The notes under the pieces were generated by a model. It made no database searches. It was given only the letters and a program-made list of their open reading frames with translations, and was not told the origin of the DNA. DNA of 64,000 nt, from positions 1 through 64,000 of the forward strand of contig JBBDYJ010000015.1 of assembly GCA_040901675.1 (NCBI GenBank), written 5' to 3'. Below, one piece after another: positions 1 through 9,113 of the stretch. Numbering within the stretch: the stretch's first letter is position 1; every line of letters begins with the position of its first letter. The stretch comes from Pirellulales bacterium (GTDB taxonomy: Bacteria > Planctomycetota > Planctomycetia > Pirellulales > JAICIG01). Both the position numbers and the translations under genes were made by a program.

Positions 1-45
1 AAGGTTACGAAAGCTACCCATTTCTGCTAGCTGACACAAGATTTC

Positions 46-321
46 TTACAGGGCCTGAATCGCGTTAACGTGCTTGTCGCCCAGCCACAGATGAATCCAA
101 CCGGGGCGGTTTAGTTTCTGCATGTCGTACCGTGCAGTCGCCCTGCCCTTCCGCAAGCCCTCAAGCCACCGTTTCTCCATGCCGCTCCGATGGAGGCGGG
201 CGCCAAGAAGGACTGACAACACGGTGACTGCAAACAGCAGGAACTTCAGCGAGAATTGAAACCTGCGCGGCCGTGTCAAAGCACCGCGCAGGCCTCCGCG
301 AGACGCAGCATCGTCGTTCAT
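46..321 (-). CDS. Small hypothetical membrane-anchored protein (planctomycete-type RRFQFSLxxLL N-terminus), possibly truncated
   Basis: RRFQFSLKFLLFAVTVLSVLLG hydrophobic segment. After the TAA the frame stays open to the window edge (EILCQLAEMGSFRNL). Confidence 0.55.
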   Translation of the reverse strand: MNDDAASRGGLRGALTRPRRFQFSLKFLLFAVTVLSVLLGARLHRSGMEKRWLEGLRKGRATARYDMQKLNRPGWIHLWLGDKHVNAIQAL

Positions 322-472
322 GATTAAGGCTTCCGTTCTTGGTCGGTCAGTCGCCGTGGGTAACCGACGGACTAGACGATTAGTGTTTCATTGCTCCCGC
401 GCTGTGTAAAGGCAATGACGAGGAAAAACACCTGAGGGATGCGATCAATGAGCACGAAGAGCACTTGCCTCC

Positions 473-572
473 GCGCGCCCTCCGGGTGGAGAAGAGAATG
501 AGTTGAGGCATCATCCACCAGGGACTAAAGTCGACCAAGTCCCTGGCAACCAGCGCGCGCCCTACGGGCGAT
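473..572. repeat. REP-like palindromic cluster
   Basis: CCAGGGACT...AGTCCCTGG hairpin flanked by two copies of CGCGCGCCCT(C/A)CGGG. Confidence 0.45.
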
Positions 573-583
573 GAATGGATGCA

Positions 584-1276
584 CTAGCTCTTCTTCCGGG
601 CGTCGCCGGCAACGGCGGACAGGCCGGCTGACGCGAATTGGACCAGGTGGCTGACCACGGCCTCGGCGTCGTCGGAGGCGAAGCCGAAGCTGGGAAACAT
701 CCGCTTCAGCGTCCGCCGGTCGCACACCAGCAGCATAAAACAGGGGGCCATCACGCTCAAGCAGCCGCGGGCCACGGCCGGATGGTCCTCGGGCAACTCC
801 ATCAGCTCGCCCACGATGGACCGCAAGATGCGCGTCTTGGGCAGCAGCTCCTTCTCGCGCAGGACGTCGAGCGCCGGCGAGGGGGCCACGATCTCGCGCC
901 CCAGCACCCGCGGCACCCACGAAGACGACATCGGCCCCGTCAGCGTGCGGACCAAGAGCTCGATGATGGCCCGCAGCCCGGCCTTGGCGTCGGCCTTGCC
1001 GGCCACCGCAGCCGAGACCGCGTCCAACGTCACGAACCGGCTGTTGGCCTCCTCGAGCACGGCGGCGTACAGCCCCGTCATGCCGCCAAAGTAGTAGTTG
1101 ACCGCCGCCGTGTTCGTCGCGGCCCGCTCGGAGATCTCCTTGCCGGTCGCCCGGTCGAAGCCCTTCTCGGCAAACACGTGCCCCGCGGCCTCCAGCAGGC
1201 GCTGGCGGGCGTTCTGATCGGGCCGGCGGTGTTTCGGCTGGGCGGGCCGGCGGCGGCCCATCGTGCGGTCTGTCAT
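584..1276 (-). CDS. TetR-family regulator (YbiH/CecR-like, DUF1956 C-terminus)
   Basis: TetR HTH ARQRLLEAAGHVFAEKGFDRATGKEISERAATNTAAVNYYFGG; divergent from the efflux operon. Confidence 0.92.
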   Translation of the reverse strand: MTDRTMGRRRPAQPKHRRPDQNARQRLLEAAGHVFAEKGFDRATGKEISERAATNTAAVNYYFGGMTGLYAAVLEEANSRFVTLDAVSAAVAGKADAKAGLRAIIELLVRTLTGPMSSSWVPRVLGREIVAPSPALDVLREKELLPKTRILRSIVGELMELPEDHPAVARGCLSVMAPCFMLLVCDRRTLKRMFPSFGFASDDAEAVVSHLVQFASAGLSAVAGDARKKS

Positions 1277-1284
1277 CAGGGATA

Positions 1285-1363
1285 AGCCTAGCGGCGGCCG
1301 CGGGCGAAGTCAAATATGAAATTGAAATTTTAATTTGACCCGGCCCGGCCCCCCAGCTATCGT
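1285..1363. promoter_or_regulatory. Back-to-back sigma70-type promoters sharing an AT-rich inverted repeat (candidate TetR operator)
   Basis: Plus strand TTGACC(1335)-17 bp-TATCGT(1358); minus strand TTGACT(1313)-17 bp-TAGGCT(1290); GTCAAAT...ATTTGAC inverted repeat at 1309-1339. Confidence 0.7.
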
Positions 1364-1379
1364 TGCAACAGGTGAAGAC

Positions 1380-2570
1380 ATGAGACGAATCGCCTCGTTC
1401 GTGGTGCTGCTGGCCGCCGTCGGCGCTGCGGCCGGACTCGCCTGGCGGCTCACGCGCCATCAGAATCCCGCGGGCGACCTCTCGCTGTACGGCAACGTCG
1501 ACCTGCGCCAGGTGCAACTGGCCTTCGACAACAACGGGCGCGTCGCCGCCGTGCTCGTCCAGGAGGGCGACCGCGTCCGGCAAGGCCAGGTGCTGGCCCG
1601 GCTCGATACCGCTCGCTTGCAGCCGCAGGTCGCCGAGGCCAAGGCTCGTGTTGACGCCCAGCGGCACTTCGTCGAAAAGCTCAAAAACGGCAGCCGTCCC
1701 GAAGAAATCGACCGGGCCGAAGCCGAGGTTGCGGCCCAGCGCCACGTGGTCGAGAAGCTCAAGACCGGCAGCCGTCCCGAAGAGATCGAGCAAGCCAGGG
1801 CGAACGTCGAGTCGGCCCAGGCCGAGGCGGCCTACGCCCGACGCCAGTTCGATCGCATGGAGACTCTTTTCTCGCGGGCAGCAGCGACCCAGGAAGATCT
1901 CGACGACGCCCGGGCGGCCCTGGCCGTGGCGGAGGCAAAGCTCGTGGTCAGCCAGAGGGCGCTGGACCTGGCGCTCGCCGGTCCCCGCCAGGAGGAGATT
2001 GCCGAAGCCGAGGCCCTGCTGGTCGTCCGCCGGAAGACTCTGGAGTTGACCGTCGCGGGTCCCCGCCAGGAGGAGATTGCCGAAGCCGAGGCCGGGCTGC
2101 GGGCCAGCGAGGCGCAGCTCGCGCTGTTGCGCGAGCAACTGGCCGACGCCAGGCTCATTGCGCCCGTGGGCGGCGTCGTCCGCACGCGCATCCTGGAAGC
2201 GGGGGAAATGGCCTCGCCGCAGAAACCCGTCTTCTCGCTGGCGATCACCGATCCCAAGTGGGTCCGGGCTTACGTCTCCGAGCCCGACTTGGGCAAGTTA
2301 CAGCCGGGAATGGCGGCGGCCGTGCTGGTCGACAGTTTCCCCGGTCGGCGCTTCGACGGATGGGTCGGGTTCATCTCGCCCGTCGCCGAGTTCACTCCAA
2401 AAGCGGTGCAGACCGAAGAGCTGCGGACCAGCCTCGTCTACGAGGTCCGCATCTTCGTCAACGACCCATCGGACGAGCTGCGTCTCGGCATGCCCGCCAC
2501 CGTCCGCCTCTCCCCCGGCCAGCGCCGCCCGCCAATGAAAAAAGGGGATAAGAATGAAAAAAGGGGATAA
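1380..2570 (+). CDS. HlyD-family efflux periplasmic adaptor (YbhG-like)
   Basis: N-terminal anchor, LYGNVDLRQVQLAF, coiled coil with repeated GSRPEEI units, SPVAEFTPKAVQTEELRTSLVY; ATG at 1380. Confidence 0.93.
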   Translation: MRRIASFVVLLAAVGAAAGLAWRLTRHQNPAGDLSLYGNVDLRQVQLAFDNNGRVAAVLVQEGDRVRQGQVLARLDTARLQPQVAEAKARVDAQRHFVEKLKNGSRPEEIDRAEAEVAAQRHVVEKLKTGSRPEEIEQARANVESAQAEAAYARRQFDRMETLFSRAAATQEDLDDARAALAVAEAKLVVSQRALDLALAGPRQEEIAEAEALLVVRRKTLELTVAGPRQEEIAEAEAGLRASEAQLALLREQLADARLIAPVGGVVRTRILEAGEMASPQKPVFSLAITDPKWVRAYVSEPDLGKLQPGMAAAVLVDSFPGRRFDGWVGFISPVAEFTPKAVQTEELRTSLVYEVRIFVNDPSDELRLGMPATVRLSPGQRRPPMKKGDKNEKRG

Positions 2571-2716
2571 GTCCAATATCGCGAAGGAGAAAAGGGGATA
2601 AGTCCAATATTGGCCCGATCAGACCAGAACGTTCGTCGACCTGGAGTTAGATTGGAGTTGATCACCAGACAATATCCTCTTCTTGCCCCCTTATTTGGAC
2701 TTATCCCCTTTTTTTC
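2538..2716. repeat. Inverted-repeat element AAAAGGGGATAAGTCCAA...TTGGACTTATCCCCTTTT (REP/MITE-like)
   Basis: Three direct copies of AAAAGGGGATAAG(TCCAATAT) then an inverted copy ending at 2716; same family at 41409-41540. Confidence 0.7.
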
Positions 2717-4471
2717 ATGAACGCTGCCCAGAATACGCCGGTCTTGATCGCACGCGACGTCCACAAGCGGTTTCGCCGCGGCACCGGCGAAATGGTGCAG
2801 GCGTTGGATGGTGTGTCGCTGGAGGCCGGCCGCGGCATGCTCACGGGCCTGGTGGGACCGGACGGCGCCGGCAAGACAACGCTCATGCGCCTGGCCGCGG
2901 GCTTGATGTCGGCCGACGCGGGCGAGCTGATGGTCTTGGGCATCGATGTCGCTGCCGACCCGCAACAGATCCAAGCCCGCATCGGATACATGCCGCAGCG
3001 GTTCGGCCTGTACGAGGACCTGACGGTCCAGGAGAACCTGGACCTGTACGCCGACTTGCACGGCGTGCCGGCCGCGGAACGGCGGCAGCGATATCCGCGG
3101 CTGATGGAGATGACTGCCCTGGGGCCGTTCACCAGCCGCCTGGCGGGGCGGCTGTCGGGAGGGATGAAGCAGAAGCTGGGCCTGGCCTGCACGCTGGTCC
3201 GCTCGCCGGAGCTGCTGCTGCTGGATGAACCGACAGTCGGCGTCGATCCGCTCTCGAGGCGCGAGCTATGGCAGATCATTCTCGAGCTCGTCGACGACGA
3301 AGGCTTGAGCGTGCTCTTCAGCACGTCGTACCTCGACGAAGCCGAACGGTGCGGGCACGTCGTCGTCCTGCACAAGGGCCGGGTGTTGGCGCGGGGCCGC
3401 CCCGCGGATGTGAACACCCTGGCGGCCGGCCGCACGTTCTTGGCCCAGCCCCCGGCAGGCCGCACCGCCCGCGGGCTCCAAGCGCGCTTGCTCGACGACC
3501 CGGACGTGGTCGATGCCGTTCCGGAAGGCGGTCGAGTCCGGTTTGTCCGGAGGCACGATGATCCCGCGGGCGGCTGGCAGGAGAATGGTCCTCTGGCCGG
3601 CGTGTCCGCCGTACCGGCGGCGCCGCGCTTTGAAGATGGATTCATGGTGCTGTTCGAGCAAGCGGTGGACGAGAAGCCGGCCGCCGCCGCGATGACGCTC
3701 GACCAGCCGCCCGAGCAGCATGGTGGCGAGGCGGCTGTCCAGGTCCGCGACCTGGTGCGGCGATTCGGAAGCTTTACCGCAGTCGACCATGTGAGCTTCG
3801 ACGTGCACCGAGGCGAGATCTTCGGCTTGCTCGGCCCAAACGGGGCGGGCAAGACCACTACGTTCCGGATGCTCTGCGGGCTGCTGCCGGCCACGAGCGG
3901 CACGCTGCGAGTCGCGGGCGTCGACCTGCGGCAGGCGCGGGCCTCGGCCCGCCAGCGGATTGGATACGTGGCCCAGAAGTTCTCGCTGTACCCCCAGCTC
4001 TCGGTGGCCGAGAACCTCGATTTCTTCGCCAGCGCCTACGGCCTGCGCGGCAGTCGAAAGCGCGGCCGCATCGGCTGGGCGCTCGATCAGTTCGAGCTGG
4101 CCGGCCTCGCCCGTTTACCCAGCGGACTGTTGCCGGGAGGGTTCAAGCAGCGGCTGGCGATGGCGGCGGCGCTGTTGCACGAACCGGAGATCCTGTTTTT
4201 GGACGAGCCGACCAGCGGCGCCGACCCGTTGGCCCGCCGCGAGTTCTGGCGGCGGATCACCGCGCTGGCCGAGCAAGGAGTGACCGCCATCGTCACGACC
4301 CACTTCATGGAAGAGGCCGAGTACTGCGACCGGATCGTCATCCTCGAGGCCGGCCGGGTGCTGGCCCAGGGCACCCCGGCCGAGGTTCGCGGCCGCGCGG
4401 CAACGATGGAGGACGCATTTATCGCCATCGTCCAGGAAGCGCGGGGAAACCAAATCAGGGAATCCGCATGA
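2717..4471 (+). CDS. ABC transporter ATP-binding protein with two NBDs (YbhF-like)
   Basis: Walker A GPDGAGKT and GPNGAGKT, LSGGMKQ signature, LLLDEP and LFLDEP. Confidence 0.95.
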   Translation: MNAAQNTPVLIARDVHKRFRRGTGEMVQALDGVSLEAGRGMLTGLVGPDGAGKTTLMRLAAGLMSADAGELMVLGIDVAADPQQIQARIGYMPQRFGLYEDLTVQENLDLYADLHGVPAAERRQRYPRLMEMTALGPFTSRLAGRLSGGMKQKLGLACTLVRSPELLLLDEPTVGVDPLSRRELWQIILELVDDEGLSVLFSTSYLDEAERCGHVVVLHKGRVLARGRPADVNTLAAGRTFLAQPPAGRTARGLQARLLDDPDVVDAVPEGGRVRFVRRHDDPAGGWQENGPLAGVSAVPAAPRFEDGFMVLFEQAVDEKPAAAAMTLDQPPEQHGGEAAVQVRDLVRRFGSFTAVDHVSFDVHRGEIFGLLGPNGAGKTTTFRMLCGLLPATSGTLRVAGVDLRQARASARQRIGYVAQKFSLYPQLSVAENLDFFASAYGLRGSRKRGRIGWALDQFELAGLARLPSGLLPGGFKQRLAMAAALLHEPEILFLDEPTSGADPLARREFWRRITALAEQGVTAIVTTHFMEEAEYCDRIVILEAGRVLAQGTPAEVRGRAATMEDAFIAIVQEARGNQIRESA

Positions 4472-5592
4472 CAGCCATGTCAAAAGCCCGCCGCGTCTGG
4501 TCGCTGGTGCGCAAGGAAGGCCGCCAGATCGTCCGCGACCCCAGCAGCATCGCGATTGGCATCGTGCTGCCGGTGCTGTTGATCCTGCTGTTCGGCTACG
4601 GGCTGTCTCTGGACGTGAAGAACGTGCCGGTGGCCGTCGTCCTGGAGGATTTTTCGTCGGCCGCGACCGAGCTGGCTGCCGGCTTCGAGCTGTCGTCATA
4701 TTTCAACGCCCGGCTGCTGACCTCGGCCCGGCAGGCGGAAGAGTTGATGCTCGCCAGGGAGGTGGACTGCATCGTGCGCATCCGCCCCGACTTTTCCCGG
4801 CGCCTCAGCCTGGGAGATGCCGAGGTGCAGATTGTGGTTCACGGCACGGACGCCAACCGCGCGCGGATCATCCAGGCCTATGCACGCGGCGCGGTCGCAC
4901 AGTGGGCGGCGCGGCGGGCCGCCGAAGGCCGCGACGTTGCCGCAGGCCCGATCGCGCTGCGCGACCGGATGTGGTTCAACGAAGCCAACGAGAGCCGCTA
5001 CTTCCTGGTGCCGGGCCTGATCGTGCTGATCATGACGCTCATCGGAGCGCTGTTGACCGCCCTGGTGATGGCCCGAGAGTGGGAGCGCGGCACGCTCGAG
5101 GCCCTATTCGTCACGCCCGTCCGCGCCAGCGAGATCCTGCTCGGCAAAACCATCCCCTACTTCGCGCTGGGCATGGTGGGCCTCGCGCTGTGCATCCTGG
5201 CCGCCAGGTTCCTATTCCACGTGCCCTTCCGAGGATCGTTCTGGGTGCTGGGCGGCGTGTCGATGCTCTACCTGCTGGTGGCGCTGGGCATCGGCCTGTT
5301 GATCTCGTCGGCCGTGAAGAGCCAATTCGTCGCCAGCCAGGTGACGATGCTTGTCACGTTCATGCCGGCCCTGATGCTCTCCGGGTTCCTGTTCGACCTG
5401 CGCAGCATGCCGGCCGCCGTCCGGCTGGTCACGTACGTGCTGCCCGGCCGCTACTATGTCGCGCTGCTGCAGACGCTGTTTCTGGCCGGCGACGTCTGGG
5501 CGGTCATCATCCCCAACGCGGCCGTGCTGGCCGGCATGGCGGCCGTGCTGCTGGCGCTGGCTCGCATGGTGACCCGCAAGAAACTGGCCTAG
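4468..5592 (+). CDS. ABC-2 type permease (YbhS-like)
   Basis: RKEGRQIVRDP, AREWERGTLEAL, multiple TM helices; 4-bp overlap with the ATPase gene. Confidence 0.93.
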   Translation: MTAMSKARRVWSLVRKEGRQIVRDPSSIAIGIVLPVLLILLFGYGLSLDVKNVPVAVVLEDFSSAATELAAGFELSSYFNARLLTSARQAEELMLAREVDCIVRIRPDFSRRLSLGDAEVQIVVHGTDANRARIIQAYARGAVAQWAARRAAEGRDVAAGPIALRDRMWFNEANESRYFLVPGLIVLIMTLIGALLTALVMAREWERGTLEALFVTPVRASEILLGKTIPYFALGMVGLALCILAARFLFHVPFRGSFWVLGGVSMLYLLVALGIGLLISSAVKSQFVASQVTMLVTFMPALMLSGFLFDLRSMPAAVRLVTYVLPGRYYVALLQTLFLAGDVWAVIIPNAAVLAGMAAVLLALARMVTRKKLA

Positions 5593-5600
5593 GTGCCCTG

Positions 5601-6719
5601 ATGCTCGACGCGATTCTCCGTATCCTGGCCCTGACCCGCAAGGAGCTGCTGGCGGTCCTCAAGGATCCGCGCAGCCGCTTCAGCCTCCTGGCTCCGCCGG
5701 TGATCCAGTGCCTGATCTTCGGCTACGCAGCGACTTACGACCTGAACGACGTGCCGTATGCCGTGCTCGATCAGGACCGCAGTGCGGCCTCTCGCGAAGT
5801 GCTGGCCCGGCTGGACGGCTCGGGAGTATTCCGCCGCGTGGCCGATCTGCACCGCCCGGCGGACATTGCCACCTATATCAACCAGCGTCGCGCCTTGCTG
5901 GTAATCCAGATCGACCAGGATTTCGAGCGGCGGCTGGCGCTGGGTCTGGAGGCCGGCGTGCAGTTGATCGCCGACGGGCGGAACTCGAACACCGCGGGCA
6001 CGGCAATCGGCTACGTCGCCGCCATCGTCGACAGTTTCAATGCCGACTGGCGAACGTCCCATGGCCAACGCGGCCCGTCGATTCGGGTCGTTACGCGGGC
6101 CTGGTACAACCCGAACCTGGAGACGCGCTGGAACATGATTCCAGGGATGATCGGCACGTTGACGATGCTGCAGACGCTGTTGCTGACGGCCATGTCGGTC
6201 GCCCGCGAGCGGGAGCAGGGCACGTTCGACCAGTTGCTGGTGACCCCGTTTCGCCCGGTCGAGATCATGGCCGGCAAGGCGCTGCCCTCGGTGCTGATCG
6301 GCAACGTGCAGGCGACGGCCATCCTGCTGGTGGCCCAGCTCTGGTTCCGCATCCCGTTTTCCGGATCGTTCCTGACGCTGTACGCGGGGCTGAGCATGTT
6401 TTTGCTGGCCGCGGTCGGCATCGGGCTGTTGGTGTCGTCGGTCGTGGCCAGCATGCAGCAGGCCATGCTCTTCTCGTTCGTGCTGATGATGCCCTTTATT
6501 CTCCTCTCGGGGCTGACCACGCCGCTAAGCGCCATGCCCCAGTTCCTCCAGCACCTGACGCTGGTGAACCCATTGCGGTACGCGATCGACATCGCCCAGC
6601 GGGTCTACCTGGAGGGTGCGGACCTCGGTATGCTCGTACACGACCTTTGGCCGTTGGCCCTGATCGCGCTGGTGACGCTCTCGGCCGCCTCCTCGATGTT
6701 CCGCCACCGGCTGGTTTGA
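5601..6719 (+). CDS. ABC-2 type permease (YbhR-like)
   Basis: RKELLAVLKDPRSR, RAWYNPNL, AREREQGTFDQLLVTP; ATG at 5601. Confidence 0.93.
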   Translation: MLDAILRILALTRKELLAVLKDPRSRFSLLAPPVIQCLIFGYAATYDLNDVPYAVLDQDRSAASREVLARLDGSGVFRRVADLHRPADIATYINQRRALLVIQIDQDFERRLALGLEAGVQLIADGRNSNTAGTAIGYVAAIVDSFNADWRTSHGQRGPSIRVVTRAWYNPNLETRWNMIPGMIGTLTMLQTLLLTAMSVAREREQGTFDQLLVTPFRPVEIMAGKALPSVLIGNVQATAILLVAQLWFRIPFSGSFLTLYAGLSMFLLAAVGIGLLVSSVVASMQQAMLFSFVLMMPFILLSGLTTPLSAMPQFLQHLTLVNPLRYAIDIAQRVYLEGADLGMLVHDLWPLALIALVTLSAASSMFRHRLV

Positions 6720-6746
6720 GGCGTCTCGCCGAGCAAGCCGGAATCT

Positions 6747-6963
6747 CGCACCGAAGGTGCAACAACATATCAGCCTGGGGCAGAGCGCAGCGGCGTCAGC
6801 CGCGTAGCGCCGCCCCAGGAAAGTTGTCCGTCAGCAAAGGAAGCCCTGAAAGGGCGAAACAAGGTATTTGCCGTCCGTATCGCCCCTCCGTCTTGGAATA
6901 CCTTGAGTTCGCATCAACGAGGGCGTTGCCCTGCGCCGATCTGCTGCGGGCCCCTTCTGGGCG
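6747..6963. repeat. REP-like multi-hairpin element
   Basis: CACCGAAGGTG, ATATCAGCCTGGGGCA...GCCCCAGG, GCCCTGAAAGGGC and an inverted GGGCGTTGCCCTG arm; related to 53333-53377. Confidence 0.55.
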
Positions 6964-7087
6964 GGTTTTCGCGTATACTGCCAACGATTGGTCGGAAAAG
7001 CAGTCTCTCTTTCGGCCGATCGAGAGGAAGGCCTGCCTATTTGATCCATCCACTGCTGATAAAAGACAACCTTGCAGGGCCCGCGGC

Positions 7088-7312
7088 ATGGCACACAACG
7101 TCACGTTCAACGTTCCGGACCGCCCGCTGGGAAACGCGGATGTGGTGTTCACGGTCTCCAAGGACGGCGAAAAGTTCGGCGAGCTGCGGATCAGCAAGGG
7201 CGCCGTCGTCTGGTTTCCCATGAACAAGGTGAACGGCTACCGCTTGCTCTGGTCGCAATTCGACCGGCTCGCGCAGGAGCATGGCCGATCGGGCGAGAAG
7301 CGCCCTGGCTGA
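7088..7312 (+). CDS. Small hypothetical protein (74 aa)
   Basis: ATG at 7088, host-like codon usage, globular-looking sequence MAHNVTFNVPDRPLGNADVVFTVSKDGEKFGELRISKGAVVWFP. Confidence 0.7.
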   Translation: MAHNVTFNVPDRPLGNADVVFTVSKDGEKFGELRISKGAVVWFPMNKVNGYRLLWSQFDRLAQEHGRSGEKRPG

Positions 7313-7370
7313 GCTTCGGGACAAGGCCCGCAATGCAAGTGTGGAAGGCGAAAGAGACGGACTAGGGCTG

Positions 7371-8114
7371 ATGCGAGAGTTCTTCAAGGGCGGATGCATC
7401 CTGGTCCTCTTCGTGGCAGGGGTGGCTGCCGCGCTCGCTTGGGCGGACGACCGGCCCAACCAATTCACCTGGGGCTGGCGATACGGTTCCATTGCCGCGG
7501 CGGTTCTTGCCGTTGCCGGATTCCTCATCGTGCACTTTCAGCAAGACGAGGTTCCGGATTTTCTGTATGAGCGCTGCGGCGAGTTTTTCGATCGCGGAGG
7601 TTTTTGCTTCAGCGTCGCTCCGCAAGACCGCGATGGCGTCTGCGTCCTGGAAGTATCTTTCCAGAATCGCCACGAACGGCCCTGTGCGGCCCACCTCGCA
7701 CTTCGCCCGGCCAATCGGCTTTTTCTTGCGATTCCCATGGAGCCCGTTACGTGCAAAGTCGACTGCGGCCGCGCGGCCTTTGGCATCGCCCGCATCCCGT
7801 TTGGAGTACCGATCGCACTCCAAGGGAAACGTCAGCTTTTTCAGGTCGGCGCCTCGGTCGATTATCCGCACGGAAAGGGCCGTGCTGTTCGTTTTCGCGA
7901 TGGCCTTGTGATTCGGCACACTGCCCAGTTTCGTCATCCCGTGGGCGCGGCACTGACGCTGCTAGGCATGTTGGGCGGCTCGTTCTTCCGGTGGAAACCG
8001 GCCACTGTGGCACTCGAACTGCCGCTGAATGTTGCCGAAGAGGTCCCCGAAAACGTAACGCCGGACATTGAGACCTTGTGGGAATTGGGTGACCCGCTCC
8101 GACCTGTTGCGTGA
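7371..8114 (+). CDS. Hypothetical membrane protein
   Basis: Two N-terminal TM segments, a beta-rich soluble part and a C-terminal hydrophobic patch; start uncertain. Confidence 0.65.
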   Translation: MREFFKGGCILVLFVAGVAAALAWADDRPNQFTWGWRYGSIAAAVLAVAGFLIVHFQQDEVPDFLYERCGEFFDRGGFCFSVAPQDRDGVCVLEVSFQNRHERPCAAHLALRPANRLFLAIPMEPVTCKVDCGRAAFGIARIPFGVPIALQGKRQLFQVGASVDYPHGKGRAVRFRDGLVIRHTAQFRHPVGAALTLLGMLGGSFFRWKPATVALELPLNVAEEVPENVTPDIETLWELGDPLRPVA

Positions 8115-8129
8115 GTTGGGCCCGGACAG

Positions 8130-9032
8130 TCACGCCGGCGGCGGGACCGCTTGCGCGATCGGCCCCTCGACGCGGATCGCCTTGTGCCCCTTGTAGGCGC
8201 CGGGGCGGGCCTGGAACTTGACAACGCCCCCGATCTCGACCGCCAGCGGCTGCTGGATGTCTTTCTCGGTGGTGATGATGTCGCCCACCCGCAGCCCGAT
8301 CAGCTCGGAAGTCGAAATGCGGGTCTCGGCCAGCCGCACGATCATCTCGACCAGCGAGCCGTCGAGATTGCGGCTGATCTGGCCGATGCTCTCAGGCGTG
8401 ACCTGCCCCCGCCCGCGGGTCAGCCAGTTGTTCGACGAGAGCTTGCCGCCGATCCGCTCGATCGAGTTGAAGGGCAGGCACAAGTTCATCATGCCGCGCG
8501 CGTCGCCGACCGTCAGCTCGAAGCGGATCAGCACCACCACCTCGTTGGGCGCAGCGATCTCGACCAGTTGCGGGTTGCTCTCCACGCGGACCACCGCCAG
8601 CTCCAGCTCGATCACGTTCTCCCAAGCCCGCTGCAGCTCGTCCAGAAACAGCTCGGTGATCCGCCGCACCAGCCGCAGCTCGATCTGGGTCAGCGGCCGC
8701 CGGGCCGAAGGGCCGCTCTCCCGGCCGCCGCCCAGCAGCCGGTCGATGATCGGGTACAGGATCGACGGGTCGATGTCGAGCGCCAGGTTGCCTTCCAGCG
8801 GCTCGGCCTTGAGCACGTTGAAACAGGTCGGGTTCTCCAGGCCGGACACGAACTCGCTGTAGGTGAGCTGTTCGACGCTGGTCAGCTTGATCTCGACAAT
8901 CGACCGCAACAGCGCGGATAGCGCGGTGCCGAAGTTGCGGCCAAAACCTTCGTGAAGCGTCTGCAAGGCCCGCATCTGGTCCTTGCCCACCCGCTCCGGA
9001 CGCTTGAAGTCGTAGAGAACCTCTCCAGACAT
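8130..9032 (-). CDS. fliM: Flagellar motor switch protein FliM, lacking the N-terminal CheY-binding peptide
   Basis: YDFKRPERV, LQTLHEGFGRNF, IDRLLGG, ESNPQL, C-terminal SpoA-like domain LRVGDII; AAGGA RBS. Confidence 0.9.
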   Translation of the reverse strand: MSGEVLYDFKRPERVGKDQMRALQTLHEGFGRNFGTALSALLRSIVEIKLTSVEQLTYSEFVSGLENPTCFNVLKAEPLEGNLALDIDPSILYPIIDRLLGGGRESGPSARRPLTQIELRLVRRITELFLDELQRAWENVIELELAVVRVESNPQLVEIAAPNEVVVLIRFELTVGDARGMMNLCLPFNSIERIGGKLSSNNWLTRGRGQVTPESIGQISRNLDGSLVEMIVRLAETRISTSELIGLRVGDIITTEKDIQQPLAVEIGGVVKFQARPGAYKGHKAIRVEGPIAQAVPPPA

Positions 9033-9113
9033 GGTTGCTTCCTTGCTTCCTTGCACCACGGCGAGAACGGCCGCCGTTGAGGCGCGGCGTGGCGTGCGGC
9101 CCGCCGCTAAAGC

